Assembly (NCBI GenBank): GCA_044238855.1 | Contig: JBIICO010000002.1 | Span: forward strand, 9,269 to 73,268 | Length of the DNA stretch: 64,000 bases | Reading direction: 5' to 3' | Source: Caulobacter sp. | GTDB lineage: Bacteria; Pseudomonadota; Alphaproteobacteria; Caulobacterales; Caulobacteraceae | In this document: positions 40,131-51,161 of the stretch, piece by piece | Layout of the letters: each line of letters opens with the position of its first letter | Position numbering within the stretch: position 1 is the first letter of the stretch | Made by a program: the position numbers and the translations under genes | Notes under the pieces: model-generated | Databases searched by the model: none | Told to the model about the DNA's origin: nothing | What the model saw: the letters and a program-made list of their open reading frames with translations, nothing else

Positions 40131-41594
40131 ATGTCCGACCCGACGACCTATCAACCCAAGCCGTACCAGCCACACATCAAGTCCAGGTCCGCCGACTGGG
40201 GCGGAAAGGCGCTTCTGGTCTGTCTGCTGGCGCTGCTCATGACCATCCCGGGCTTGTTCGTCTGGGCGCTGATCAAGGACCGCTCCGACCGGTCCGAGGG
40301 CGTGGTCCGCGCCGTTTCCACCCAGCAGGGCGGGGCGCAGCAGGTGCTCGGCCCGCTGCTCGTCGTTCCCTGGCAGGTGGTCGAGGCCAACAAGGAGGTC
40401 ACCACCGGCTGGTACGTGGTCTCCGCCGAGACCGGATCGGCCAATGTGAAGGTGAAGACCGACACCCTGCGGCGCGGCATCTTCGACGTGCCCGTCTATC
40501 ACGCGACCGCCGACGTGGCGGCGACCTTCGGGCCGCAGCAGGCGCCGACCGGCCTGCCCGGCGGCGCGACGGTCGACTGGAGCCAGGCCCGTCTGGTGGT
40601 GGGCTTCTCCGACCTGCGCGGGGCCAAGGACGTCAAGGCGACCCTGAAGACCAGCGCCGGCGAGACCGTCCTGGCCTTCACCCCGGCCTCCGACGTCTCG
40701 CTGGGGGCCAGCGCCATGGGCCGGTCGGTGTCCGACTCCGACGCGGCGGCGGCGATGGAGGCGGCGGTCCGCGAAAGCGGCGACAACGGTCGCTTCGGCC
40801 TCGTCTCCGCCCCGGCCGCCGCGCTTCTGGCCGTCCCGGACGGCGGCAGCCTGAAGGCGACGCTGGTGTTCACCGGGGCCCAGCGGCTGAGCGTCGTGCC
40901 GTTCGCCAAGTCGACAAGCGTCAACATCGACGGCGACTGGCGCGCGCCGAGTTTCGACGGCGGCTTCCTGCCCGAGGCGCGCGACACGGCGGGCAGCGGG
41001 TTCAAGGCGTCCTGGCGTGTGCCCTTCGTGGCGCGCGGCCTGGTCGAACAGGGACCGACCTCGGTCCTGTCGCTGAGCGATCTGGGCGAGCGCGACCTGG
41101 GCGTGACCTTCAAGCGGACCAACAACCCGTACCAGAACGTCATGCGCGCCCTGAAGTACGCGGTGATGTTCGTCGGCCTGGTGTTCCTGACCTTCTTCGT
41201 CTTCGAGGCCCTGTCCGGCAGCCGCCTGCACCCCGCGCAGTACGTGCTGATCGGCCTGGCGCAGATGACCTTCTACCTGCTGCTGCTCAGCCTGTCGGAG
41301 TACATCGGCTTCGATCTCGGCTTCGCCATCGCCGCCGTGGCCACGGTGGCCCTGATCGGCCTCTATGCCGGCGCGGCGTTCAAGGCGAAGCGATACGCGG
41401 TCCAGGCGCTGGTGATCTTCTCGATCGTCTACGGCCTGATCTATCTGCTGATGCGGCTCGAGGACTTCGCCCTGCTGGCCGGCTCCATCGCCGCCTTCGC
41501 GGGCCTCTCGGTGGCCATGTGGCTGACCCGGAATATCGACTGGTACGGGGGCAAGGCGGAGGTAGTTGCTAGCGGCTCGCAACAACCTCAATAA
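40131..41594 (+). CDS. creD: cell envelope integrity inner-membrane protein CreD
   Basis: ATG 40131 follows GGAGAGGGA. N-terminal TM helix, large periplasmic domain, and a C-terminal TM bundle (YPIQYLLVGLA-like QYVLIGLAQMTFYLLLLSLSEYIGF). Confidence 0.85.
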   Translation: MSDPTTYQPKPYQPHIKSRSADWGGKALLVCLLALLMTIPGLFVWALIKDRSDRSEGVVRAVSTQQGGAQQVLGPLLVVPWQVVEANKEVTTGWYVVSAETGSANVKVKTDTLRRGIFDVPVYHATADVAATFGPQQAPTGLPGGATVDWSQARLVVGFSDLRGAKDVKATLKTSAGETVLAFTPASDVSLGASAMGRSVSDSDAAAAMEAAVRESGDNGRFGLVSAPAAALLAVPDGGSLKATLVFTGAQRLSVVPFAKSTSVNIDGDWRAPSFDGGFLPEARDTAGSGFKASWRVPFVARGLVEQGPTSVLSLSDLGERDLGVTFKRTNNPYQNVMRALKYAVMFVGLVFLTFFVFEALSGSRLHPAQYVLIGLAQMTFYLLLLSLSEYIGFDLGFAIAAVATVALIGLYAGAAFKAKRYAVQALVIFSIVYGLIYLLMRLEDFALLAGSIAAFAGLSVAMWLTRNIDWYGGKAEVVASGSQQPQ

Positions 41595-41617
41595 CAAGGG
41601 AAATAACGTAGCGGAAC

Positions 41618-41649
41618 GGCCCCTGTCCGACGTGGACAGGGGCCTTTTC
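41618..41649 (+). terminator. rho-independent terminator after creD
   Basis: ggcccctgtcc-gacgt-ggacaggggcc followed by ttttc. Confidence 0.7.
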
Positions 41650-41698
41650 GCGCACTAGGACGTACCGCGTACGGAAACCTACGGAACGAAGCGGCGTC

Positions 41699-42481
41699 AT
41701 GGTTCAACTCACGCTCCCGAAGAACTCCCGCGTCGGCAAGGGCAAGCATTTCGCGGCGCCCGCCGGCGCCAAGCGCGTGAAGACCTTCAAGATCTACCGC
41801 TACGATCCGGAAGGCAGCGAGAACCCTCGTTGGGACACCTACGACGTCGACGTCGACCAGTGCGGCCCGATGCTTCTCGACGTCCTGATCCACATCAAGA
41901 ACGAGATCGACCCGACCCTGACGTTCCGGCGGTCGTGCCGTGAAGGCGTCTGCGGCTCCTGTGCGATGAACATCGGCGGCCGCAACACCCTGGCCTGCAC
42001 CCACGGCTGGGAAGAGGTTCCGGGCAAGGAAATCCAGATCGCGCCGCTGCCGAGCCAGCCGGTGGTCAAGGACCTGGTCCCCGACCTGACCCTGTTCTAC
42101 GCCCAGTACGCCTCCATCGAGCCCTGGCTGCACACCGAGACGCCGGAGCCCCAGACCGAGTGGAAGCAGTCGCCGGAAGACCGCTCCAAGCTGGACGGCC
42201 TCTACGAGTGCATCCTCTGCGCCTGCTGCTCGACCTCCTGCCCGAGCTACTGGTGGAACGGCGAGAAGTACCTCGGCCCGGCCACGCTGCTGCACGCCTA
42301 CCGCTGGCTGATCGACAGCCGCGACGAGGCCACCGGCGAGCGCCTGGACGCGCTGGAGGATCCCTTCAAGCTCTACCGCTGCCACACCATCATGAACTGC
42401 GCCCAGGTCTGTCCCAAGGGGCTGAACCCGGCCAAGGCGATCGCCGAGATCAAGAAGCTGATGGTCGAGCGCGTCGCCTGA
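41699..42481 (+). CDS. sdhB: succinate dehydrogenase iron-sulfur subunit
   Basis: [27 protein letters not shown] and [13 protein letters not shown] cluster motifs. Confidence 0.97.
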   Translation: MVQLTLPKNSRVGKGKHFAAPAGAKRVKTFKIYRYDPEGSENPRWDTYDVDVDQCGPMLLDVLIHIKNEIDPTLTFRRSCREGVCGSCAMNIGGRNTLACTHGWEEVPGKEIQIAPLPSQPVVKDLVPDLTLFYAQYASIEPWLHTETPEPQTEWKQSPEDRSKLDGLYECILCACCSTSCPSYWWNGEKYLGPATLLHAYRWLIDSRDEATGERLDALEDPFKLYRCHTIMNCAQVCPKGLNPAKAIAEIKKLMVERVA

Positions 42482-43395
42482 TGAAGGCGCTGGGCCTCGC
42501 CGCGATACTGCTTCTGGCGGTGGCGGGCGAGGCTCGGGCCCAGGCGATACAGCTGTCGCCGCGCGTCTCGGACGCGCTCCAGATGCTGCGGACGGGCGAC
42601 CGCCGGGGCGGCGCCGAGCTGGAACGGCTCGCGGCGGCGGGAGACGCCGACGCCGAGTTCATCCTCGGCACCCTGCTGTTCGAAGGCCACGAAGGCTTTC
42701 CCGTCGACAAGGCGAGAGCCTGCGGGCTGTGGAAGTCCGCCGGACTGGTCCGGGGCGACGCCGCCCACCTCCATGGCGAATGCCTGCAGAACGCCTATGC
42801 GGGCGGCCCGCGCGATCCGGTCGCGGCCCGCGCCCAGTACGAGAAGGCGATCACGCTGGGCTCTCCGAAGTCCAGGTGCGCGCTGGGCAACATGATCGCC
42901 GCTGGGGAGGGGGCGCCCGCCGATCCCGCGCGGGGCCTGGCCCTCTGCAAGGAGGCCGCCGACGCCGGCGATCCCGACGCCCAGACCGACGTCGCCAACA
43001 TCTACCTGACCGGCAAGGGCGCGCCGCGCGATCCGGTCGCGGCGGCGCGCTACTATGAGATGGCCGTGCGGAAGGAAGAGGCCAACGCGGCCCTGACGCT
43101 GGGCCAGATGTACTGGAACGGCGACGGCGTGCCGAAGGACCGGGCCCGGGCGGCCCAGCTCTGGCGGCTGGCCTATCGCAAGGGCCGCAAGGAAGCCGCC
43201 AAGCTGCTCGGCGACGAGGCGTTCGTGCGGGTGCTGCCGCCCGCCGAGGCCGGCAAGGCCCGCACGGTCGACCGGGCCGCGCTGGACGAGTCGACCGACT
43301 GGTTCGAGCGGGCCCTGAAGGAAGACCCTTCGGCGAAGGCCGTGGCGACCGAGCGGCTGGAGCTGCTGCGCGGTCTGAAGGCGTCGCTGCGCTGA
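42481..43395 (+). CDS. Sel1-repeat (TPR-like) secreted protein
   Basis: Signal peptide and repeated A...Y..A...G...A...LG..Y..G.G modules. The ATG overlaps the sdhB stop. Confidence 0.8.
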   Translation: MKALGLAAILLLAVAGEARAQAIQLSPRVSDALQMLRTGDRRGGAELERLAAAGDADAEFILGTLLFEGHEGFPVDKARACGLWKSAGLVRGDAAHLHGECLQNAYAGGPRDPVAARAQYEKAITLGSPKSRCALGNMIAAGEGAPADPARGLALCKEAADAGDPDAQTDVANIYLTGKGAPRDPVAAARYYEMAVRKEEANAALTLGQMYWNGDGVPKDRARAAQLWRLAYRKGRKEAAKLLGDEAFVRVLPPAEAGKARTVDRAALDESTDWFERALKEDPSAKAVATERLELLRGLKASLR

Positions 43396-43469
43396 GGGCG
43401 ATCCCGCCGCGCGCCCTCGCCCTGGCCGCCCTGCTGTGGGGCGCGGCCGAGGGCTTTCTGTTCTTTGTC

Positions 43470-43955
43470 GTGCCGGATGTCCTGATCAGCTGGATCGCCA
43501 TGAGGCGTGGGCTGAAGGCTGGGGCGCTGGCCGCGGTGCTGGCGGCGGCGGGCGCCATGGTCGGCGGCTCGCTGATGTATGGCTGGAGCGTGGCGCGCCC
43601 GGAGGCGGCGTATCGCGCGGTCGAGGCCGTGCCGGCCGTGTCGGGCCCGATGATCGCCGACGCGGCCGCCGACATGCGCGACGAAGGCTGGCTTGCGGCC
43701 GCGCTGAAGGGGCCGCTGACCAGCACGCCCTACAAGGTCTACGCCATGCTCGCGCCGGGGCAGCGGGCGGGACCGGTCGCCTGGGCGGCGGCGGCGCTGC
43801 CGATCCGGCTGCCCCGGTTCCTGCTGGTGACGGCCGCCTTCGCCCTGATCGGCATGCTGGCGCGCGGGCGGGTTTCGCCGCGGGTCCTGACTGGGGCCTT
43901 CACCCTGGGCTGGGTCCTGTTCTATGGCTGGTTCTGGTTCAGCCATCCCGGGTAA
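43470..43955 (+). CDS. hypothetical membrane protein
   Basis: Hydrophobic 161-aa ORF with a GTG start. In-frame hydrophobic sequence continues upstream, so the true start is uncertain. Confidence 0.5.
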   Translation: MPDVLISWIAMRRGLKAGALAAVLAAAGAMVGGSLMYGWSVARPEAAYRAVEAVPAVSGPMIADAAADMRDEGWLAAALKGPLTSTPYKVYAMLAPGQRAGPVAWAAAALPIRLPRFLLVTAAFALIGMLARGRVSPRVLTGAFTLGWVLFYGWFWFSHPG

Positions 43956-44015
43956 GGCTGTGCTTGCAAAAAGATGACGCTGGCGTCATTTTCCCGCGCG
44001 ACAGGGAGACAGTGC

Positions 44016-45613
<1,598 letters not shown>

Positions 45614-45763
45614 CAACAGCCTCCCTCCCCGCATGGGGAGGGTGCTCCCGAAGGGAGCGGGTGGGGCGAAGGCTGGCCGGGGTCGGCGCCGACCGGCGCC
45701 CAGACGTTTTCCCGCCCGCCGGCCCGCGGCCGTCCCCCCTCCCTGTGCGGGGAGGGTCCGGCG

Positions 45764-48082
45764 TCAGAACCCCAGTTCCCGCTGGCCGCTTTCGATCTGC
45801 GCGGCCTCCGGCAGGTGGCAGGTGAAGGTGGCGCCCTGGTTCGGTTCGCTCTCCAGGGCGACCCAGCCGCCGTGCAGCTCGACCAGCGCCTTGACCAGCG
45901 CCAGGCCCAGGCCCGGCCCGCCGCGCTCGCGACCGACGAAGCGGTCGAAGATGTGCGCCTGCACGTGGAAGGGCACGCCGCGGCCGGTGTTGCTGACCGC
46001 CAGCCGGACCTCGCCCGCCGCGCGGATCGCCGACAGCGTCACGCCGCCCTCCGGAGGGGTCTGGCGCAGGGCGTTCTCGACCAGGTGATCCAGCGTCTGG
46101 CCGAGTCGCTTCCAGTCGCCGCGGATCAGGCCGATGTCCTCTCCGATCTCCACCTTCAGCTCGACCTTCTGGGCCTCGGCCTGATGCCTCCAGCGGCCGG
46201 CCGTCTCGGTGATCAGCTCGTCCACGCGGACGTCGCCGGTGTCCAGCGCCATCTCGCCGGCGTCGATGGCGGCGATGTCGAGCACGTCGTCGATCGAGCG
46301 GCCCAGCTGCGTCGCCGCCTGGCGCACGGCCGATAGGTGGGCCTGCCCACGCTCGGGGATGGCGTCGCCCATGCGGTCCAGCAGCTCCGAGTAGCCGATG
46401 ATCGTCGTCAGCGGCGTGCGCAGTTCGTAGGAGACGTTGCCGACGAACTCGCGCTTCAGCCGCTCGGCGCTGTCCAGCGCCGCCTCTCGGTCGGCCAGGG
46501 CGCCCTCCAGCTGGCGGGCGTCGGTGATGTCGGCGAAGGCGATCAGGGTTGCGCCGTCCGGCAGCGGCCGCGACTGCCAGGAGACCACGCGGTCGTCGGA
46601 GGTCTTCACCTCGCCCGAGGTCGGGGCGCGAGCTTCCGGGTCCGGGTCGGCGACGCGACCCTTCAGCTCGCGCCAGAACGCCATGTCGTGCAGACGCGGC
46701 ACGCAGAGCTCGACGACATGTTCGAAGTCGCCGGCCGCCTCGAGCTCGGCGGCGGTGACGTTCCAGAAGGTCTCGAAGGCTTCGTTGTGCAGGCGCAACC
46801 GGGTGTCGGAGCCGAACACGACGACGGCGTCGTTCAACTTGTCGAGCGTGGCCTGCTGGACCTGGAGCTGGGCGTTGTACTGGGCCTTCAGCTTCAGCTC
46901 GCCGGTGATGTCCGAGAACAGGAGCAGCAGGCCGCCCATCGGGTGCGGCTGGCGCACCAGGCGCAAGGTGCGGCCGTCGGGCAGGGTCCAGAGGTCGTCC
47001 GCCTGCGGGCCCAGGGTCTCGTAGCGGGCCAGCTCGGCCGCCTTCCACTTCGCGTACTCGGCCGTCTCCGGCAGGCGCTGGCGCTGGCGCAAGCGGTCGA
47101 GGATCTCGCCGTGCGTCGGCCGCTCGCCCAGCCAGGCCGGCTCCAGTCCCCAGAGGGAGGCGAAGGCGGCGTTGTGGAACACCAGCCGCCGGGTGGCGCC
47201 GAAGATCGCCACCGCCTCGGCGATGTGGTTGAGGGTCTCGTCGTGGGCCTCGACGTGGCGCTTGAGGGCGTCCTGGGTTTCCTCGGCGCCGGTGACGTCG
47301 GTGGTGCGCACGCCCACGCCGCCGCCGTTCAGCGGCTGCGCGGTGATCCGCATCGCGCGGCGGCGGCCGCCCAGCGAGATCCAGCGGATCGCCTCGCGCC
47401 GCTCGCCGAGATTGGCGGCCTCGGCGGCCAGCATGTCCGAGCCCTTGTCCAGCGACAGGCCGCGGGCGACGGCGTCCGGCACGCCCTCGGCGCCGACCGC
47501 GTCCAGCCAGGCTTGATTGGCCCACTGCACCGCGCCGTCGGCGCTGGCGATCCAGGCCGGGTCGGCCGAGCCGTCGATGAAGGCGGCCAGGCGCGCGGCG
47601 CTGGGCAGGGCGGTCTCGTCGCGGTCCACGGCCGTCAGCCGCAGCCAGGTCAGCACCCCGGCGGCGCGACCCTCCACCGACACCACGCCCCTGGTCCCGC
47701 GAGCCTCGAAGGCGCAGGTTTCGCCGCGCTCGAACAGGGCGCGCAGGCGGGCGGCGTGGTCGGGGTCGGCCCGCATCAGGGCGTTCAGCACCGCCTGCGG
47801 ATCGGCGCTGTCCAGGGCGAAGGCGGCGGCGCAGGCGGCCAGGCTTTCCTCGCCCGAGGCCAGATGCGCGCGGCCGTCGTCGACCACCAGCAGGGCGCTG
47901 TCGAAGGCCTCGGCCGAGGCCTGCGCGGCCTCGGCGCTGACCTGGGCCGCTTCCAGCCGGTCCTGCATCAGCCGCAGGCGGCGATCCATGGCGCGCTTCT
48001 GGGCCAGGCTCCACAGCGCCGCGCAAAGCGCGAGGCAGACCGCCCCGGCCGCCGCCGCCGCGATCAGGTCCATCTGCGTCAT
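45764..48082 (-). CDS. PAS-domain sensor histidine kinase (N-terminal TM, multiple PAS, HisKA, HATPase)
   Basis: ATG 48082 (MTQMDLIAAAAAGAVCLAL). H-box SYELRTPLTTIIGYSELL and C-terminal G-boxes. Confidence 0.88.
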   Translation of the reverse strand: MTQMDLIAAAAAGAVCLALCAALWSLAQKRAMDRRLRLMQDRLEAAQVSAEAAQASAEAFDSALLVVDDGRAHLASGEESLAACAAAFALDSADPQAVLNALMRADPDHAARLRALFERGETCAFEARGTRGVVSVEGRAAGVLTWLRLTAVDRDETALPSAARLAAFIDGSADPAWIASADGAVQWANQAWLDAVGAEGVPDAVARGLSLDKGSDMLAAEAANLGERREAIRWISLGGRRRAMRITAQPLNGGGVGVRTTDVTGAEETQDALKRHVEAHDETLNHIAEAVAIFGATRRLVFHNAAFASLWGLEPAWLGERPTHGEILDRLRQRQRLPETAEYAKWKAAELARYETLGPQADDLWTLPDGRTLRLVRQPHPMGGLLLLFSDITGELKLKAQYNAQLQVQQATLDKLNDAVVVFGSDTRLRLHNEAFETFWNVTAAELEAAGDFEHVVELCVPRLHDMAFWRELKGRVADPDPEARAPTSGEVKTSDDRVVSWQSRPLPDGATLIAFADITDARQLEGALADREAALDSAERLKREFVGNVSYELRTPLTTIIGYSELLDRMGDAIPERGQAHLSAVRQAATQLGRSIDDVLDIAAIDAGEMALDTGDVRVDELITETAGRWRHQAEAQKVELKVEIGEDIGLIRGDWKRLGQTLDHLVENALRQTPPEGGVTLSAIRAAGEVRLAVSNTGRGVPFHVQAHIFDRFVGRERGGPGLGLALVKALVELHGGWVALESEPNQGATFTCHLPEAAQIESGQRELGF

Positions 48083-48175
48083 TGGGTTCCCGCCCGAATC
48101 ATGACTCGGCACGATAAGCGACGGAAGTCGTTGGGGCGACTGGCGAAACCCCGATCCGGGCGCCATGTTTCGCCC

Positions 48176-48580
48176 ATGAGCTTTCCTCCCGGCGCCGTCG
48201 CGCCCTCTCTCGACGATTTCGCGGCCATCGCCGAGCGCGCTTTCGCCGAACTTCCCGAGCCCTTTCGGAGCATGGCCGCCGAGGCCATCGTCCGCATCGC
48301 CGACTTCGCCGACGAGGACATCCTCGACGAGATGGGCATCGAGGACGCGTTCGAGCTGACCGGACTGTATCAGGGCGTCGACCTGGCCCACCGCTCGGTG
48401 TTCGACCCCAGCCCGCAGCCGCCGCTGGTCTTCCTCTATCGCCGGCCGATCCTCGACGAATGGGCCGAACGGGGGAACGTCACGCTCCAGGAGCTGATCG
48501 CGCACGTGCTGGTGCACGAGATCGGCCACCACTTCGGCCTCTCCGACGACGACATCGACCGCATCGAAGACAAAGCGTGA
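48176..48580 (+). CDS. zinicin-like metallopeptidase family protein (DUF1025)
   Basis: HVLVHEIGHHFGLSDDDI HExxH motif. 134 aa. Confidence 0.75.
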   Translation: MSFPPGAVAPSLDDFAAIAERAFAELPEPFRSMAAEAIVRIADFADEDILDEMGIEDAFELTGLYQGVDLAHRSVFDPSPQPPLVFLYRRPILDEWAERGNVTLQELIAHVLVHEIGHHFGLSDDDIDRIEDKA

Positions 48581-48621
48581 ACGAATCTGCTAGGCGATCG
48601 CGCATAGACCGAGGATCGCCC

Positions 48622-49062
48622 ATGCACGCGCCCGCCTTCGACTTCGACGCCGTCATCGACGGCATGCCCGAGGCCCGTGTCGGCCGCGGCCTGAATTACG
48701 CGTCCAAGGGCTGGGTCAGCCTGGTGGAGTGCGGGGCGGCCGGCGTGCTGGCCCATGTGCTGGGCGAGCAGGGCATCGCCTACGTCGTCGAGGTCTCCGC
48801 GCCCGACGCCTCCGACGCCCGCTGCACCTGCAGGGATTTCGAAGACACCGGCCTGCGCTGCAAGCATGTGGTGGCCACCGTGCGCACGGTGCTCGACGCC
48901 GCCGACGAGACCCTGCAGGACGCCGGCGAGCGGCTGCCCCGCCTGCTCGACATGCTGGAGATGGAAGAGCGAGACGACGCCTTCACCCTGGTGGAAAAGG
49001 CCCGGCGCGACCCCCCTCTGCTGCGCGAACTGGAAGGCGAGGCGGCGGACGACGCCTCCTAG
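48622..49062 (+). CDS. SWIM zinc-finger protein
   Basis: CTCRDFEDTGLRCKHV matches the CxC...CxH SWIM signature. Confidence 0.7.
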   Translation: MHAPAFDFDAVIDGMPEARVGRGLNYASKGWVSLVECGAAGVLAHVLGEQGIAYVVEVSAPDASDARCTCRDFEDTGLRCKHVVATVRTVLDAADETLQDAGERLPRLLDMLEMEERDDAFTLVEKARRDPPLLRELEGEAADDAS

Positions 49063-49292
49063 CCTTACCGATCGCCTCCCGCGAAGCGGGGTCCAGGCGG
49101 CCCTGCGACTTCCTGAATTCAGCCTGGGTCCCCGCCTCGCCCGGACCAATGGGCGGCGGTAACACTCCGTTCAGAAGATGACGCCCCCGTCACTTTTCTG
49201 TTGACCTTCGGTCGGCGAAAGTGGACGGTGTTCACATTGGCAAGAGGCCCGATCAACGGGTCCTGCTTTCCCATGGGCCGGAGGATCAAGCC

Positions 49293-50420
49293 GTGGCGGA
49301 CAAGAACATCACCAAGGACGCGATGTACGACGCGGTGGCGCCGGACGATTTCGAGTCCATGCTCGAGCTCGATCGGTACAACAACCGCTCGACGGCCTTC
49401 GACAAGATCATCTCGGCGACCCACGATCACTTCTGGGATCCGCTGGACAAGAACTACATCGACTTCGACGAGCCGTTCGACATGGAGAACCAGGCCCTGG
49501 TTCCCGAGGAGATGGTCGTGGCCCTGTCCACGGACTACGTCTCCAACCACCTGTCGGACCCCAAGACCCGCATCGCCTTCATCAATCAGTCGACGCTGCG
49601 GATGTTCTCCTCGATCCTGCACGGCGAGCAGGGCGCGCTGAACCTGTCGGCCAGCCTCTGCCACGTGCTGAAGGACCAGGGCGCGCAGGAATACGCCGCC
49701 AACCAGACCCGTGAGGAAGCCCGTCACGTCACGGCCTTCGCCAAGTACATCAAGGCCCGCTGGGGCCGTCCGGTGGAATGCGGCCCGACCCTGAAGGCGC
49801 TGCTGGTCGAGATCATCGACGCGCCGGAGGTCTACAAGAAGATCATCGGCATGCAGATGCTGGTCGAAGGCCTGGCCATGGGCGCCTTCGCCACCCTGTT
49901 CACCCACATCAACGACCCGCTGGGCAAGAAGCTGCTGCAGCTGGTGATGACGGACGAGGCCTTCCACCACAAGTTCGGGAAGATCTGGGCCGACCGCACC
50001 GTGCCGCGGCTGTCGCCGGAAGAGCACGCGATCATCGAGGACTGGGCCGCCCACTGTTTCCAGGCGGTGCTGTTCAACCTCGTGGGCCCGAACCAGCAGC
50101 GCGACCTGTACGAGTCGTTCGGCCTCGACCCGGACAAGGTGATCGCCGAGTTCGCGATGATCATGACCGACGAGACCCGTCGCGAGAACATGAAGGAGCA
50201 GACCAACATCTTCCGGGTGCTGGTCAAGACGCTGCTCAACGCCGGCATCATCACCGACCGCACCAAGGCCTTCTACGGCATGTACGTCGACCTGGAAGAG
50301 CTGCGGCTCGAGGGCGACCGCATGGTCGGCGACGACATCGCCGAGGACGGCATCCGCTATCTGCAGGCGATCAACTTCAAGGACCGCGAGAACAAGCCGG
50401 TCTCGATCGCCGCCGAGTAG
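49293..50420 (+). CDS. ferritin-like di-iron (AurF/R2-like) oxygenase family protein
   Basis: Paired carboxylate/His motifs (HGEQGAL, EEARH, EGLAMGAF, DEAFHH). GTG 49293 is preceded by GGAGGA at 7 nt. Confidence 0.7.
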   Translation: MADKNITKDAMYDAVAPDDFESMLELDRYNNRSTAFDKIISATHDHFWDPLDKNYIDFDEPFDMENQALVPEEMVVALSTDYVSNHLSDPKTRIAFINQSTLRMFSSILHGEQGALNLSASLCHVLKDQGAQEYAANQTREEARHVTAFAKYIKARWGRPVECGPTLKALLVEIIDAPEVYKKIIGMQMLVEGLAMGAFATLFTHINDPLGKKLLQLVMTDEAFHHKFGKIWADRTVPRLSPEEHAIIEDWAAHCFQAVLFNLVGPNQQRDLYESFGLDPDKVIAEFAMIMTDETRRENMKEQTNIFRVLVKTLLNAGIITDRTKAFYGMYVDLEELRLEGDRMVGDDIAEDGIRYLQAINFKDRENKPVSIAAE

Positions 50421-50504
50421 GACTTCCCGGGACCTCAGTCCCCGGATCGGGCGCCCCGTCGCAACCGCGGCGGGGCGTTTCGCGTCCTGAGGCGTTCGCC
50501 TAGA

Positions 50505-51038
50505 ATGACCTCCATGAAAATCACATCCGCCCTCGCCTTCACGGCGACGCTGGCGGCCGCGACCGCCGCCTTCGCCGCCGCGCCCCAGCCCACCAAGCCG
50601 GTCGCCTCCGGTTTCTATTCGGGCCGCTGGTACGAGGTCGCCCGCATCCCCAATGCCGGACAGCGCGATTGCGAGGCGCCGACGACCCAGTTCGTCGGCG
50701 GCGCGGCCGGCGCCTTCCAGGTGACCCAGGTCTGCCGCTCCGGCACGGCCTCGGGCAAGGCCAGGACCTTCAACACCAAGGGCCGCGTCCTGCCGTCGAC
50801 CAACAACGCCAAGTTCGAGATGAGCTTCCTGGGCGGCATGAAGAAGCAGGAATACTGGGTGCTCGACTGCGCCGCCGACGGCTCCTGGGCGATCATGGCG
50901 ACGCCCGGCGGCAACTACGTCTGGCTGCTGTCGCGCAAAGCGGTGATGAGCGACGCCGCGAAGACGGCGGCGGTGAGCCGCATCCGCGCTCTGGGCTACA
51001 AGCAGAAGCTGGAATTCCCGGCGCAGCCGCCGGGGTGA
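50505..51038 (+). CDS. lipocalin family protein (Blc-like)
   Basis: Signal peptide, then the FYSGRWYEVARIPN lipocalin motif. Confidence 0.8.
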   Translation: MTSMKITSALAFTATLAAATAAFAAAPQPTKPVASGFYSGRWYEVARIPNAGQRDCEAPTTQFVGGAAGAFQVTQVCRSGTASGKARTFNTKGRVLPSTNNAKFEMSFLGGMKKQEYWVLDCAADGSWAIMATPGGNYVWLLSRKAVMSDAAKTAAVSRIRALGYKQKLEFPAQPPG

Positions 51039-51161
51039 GCGCGCTCGGCCAATAGCCATAACGGCTGTTGCGGTAAGCCTTGGCCGCTCGGGCGGTCGAG
51101 TGCTACTGCCGTGCTGCCCCCCAAGGCTGGCGTTCTCGCCCGGCCGGCGAGAAAGACGTCC

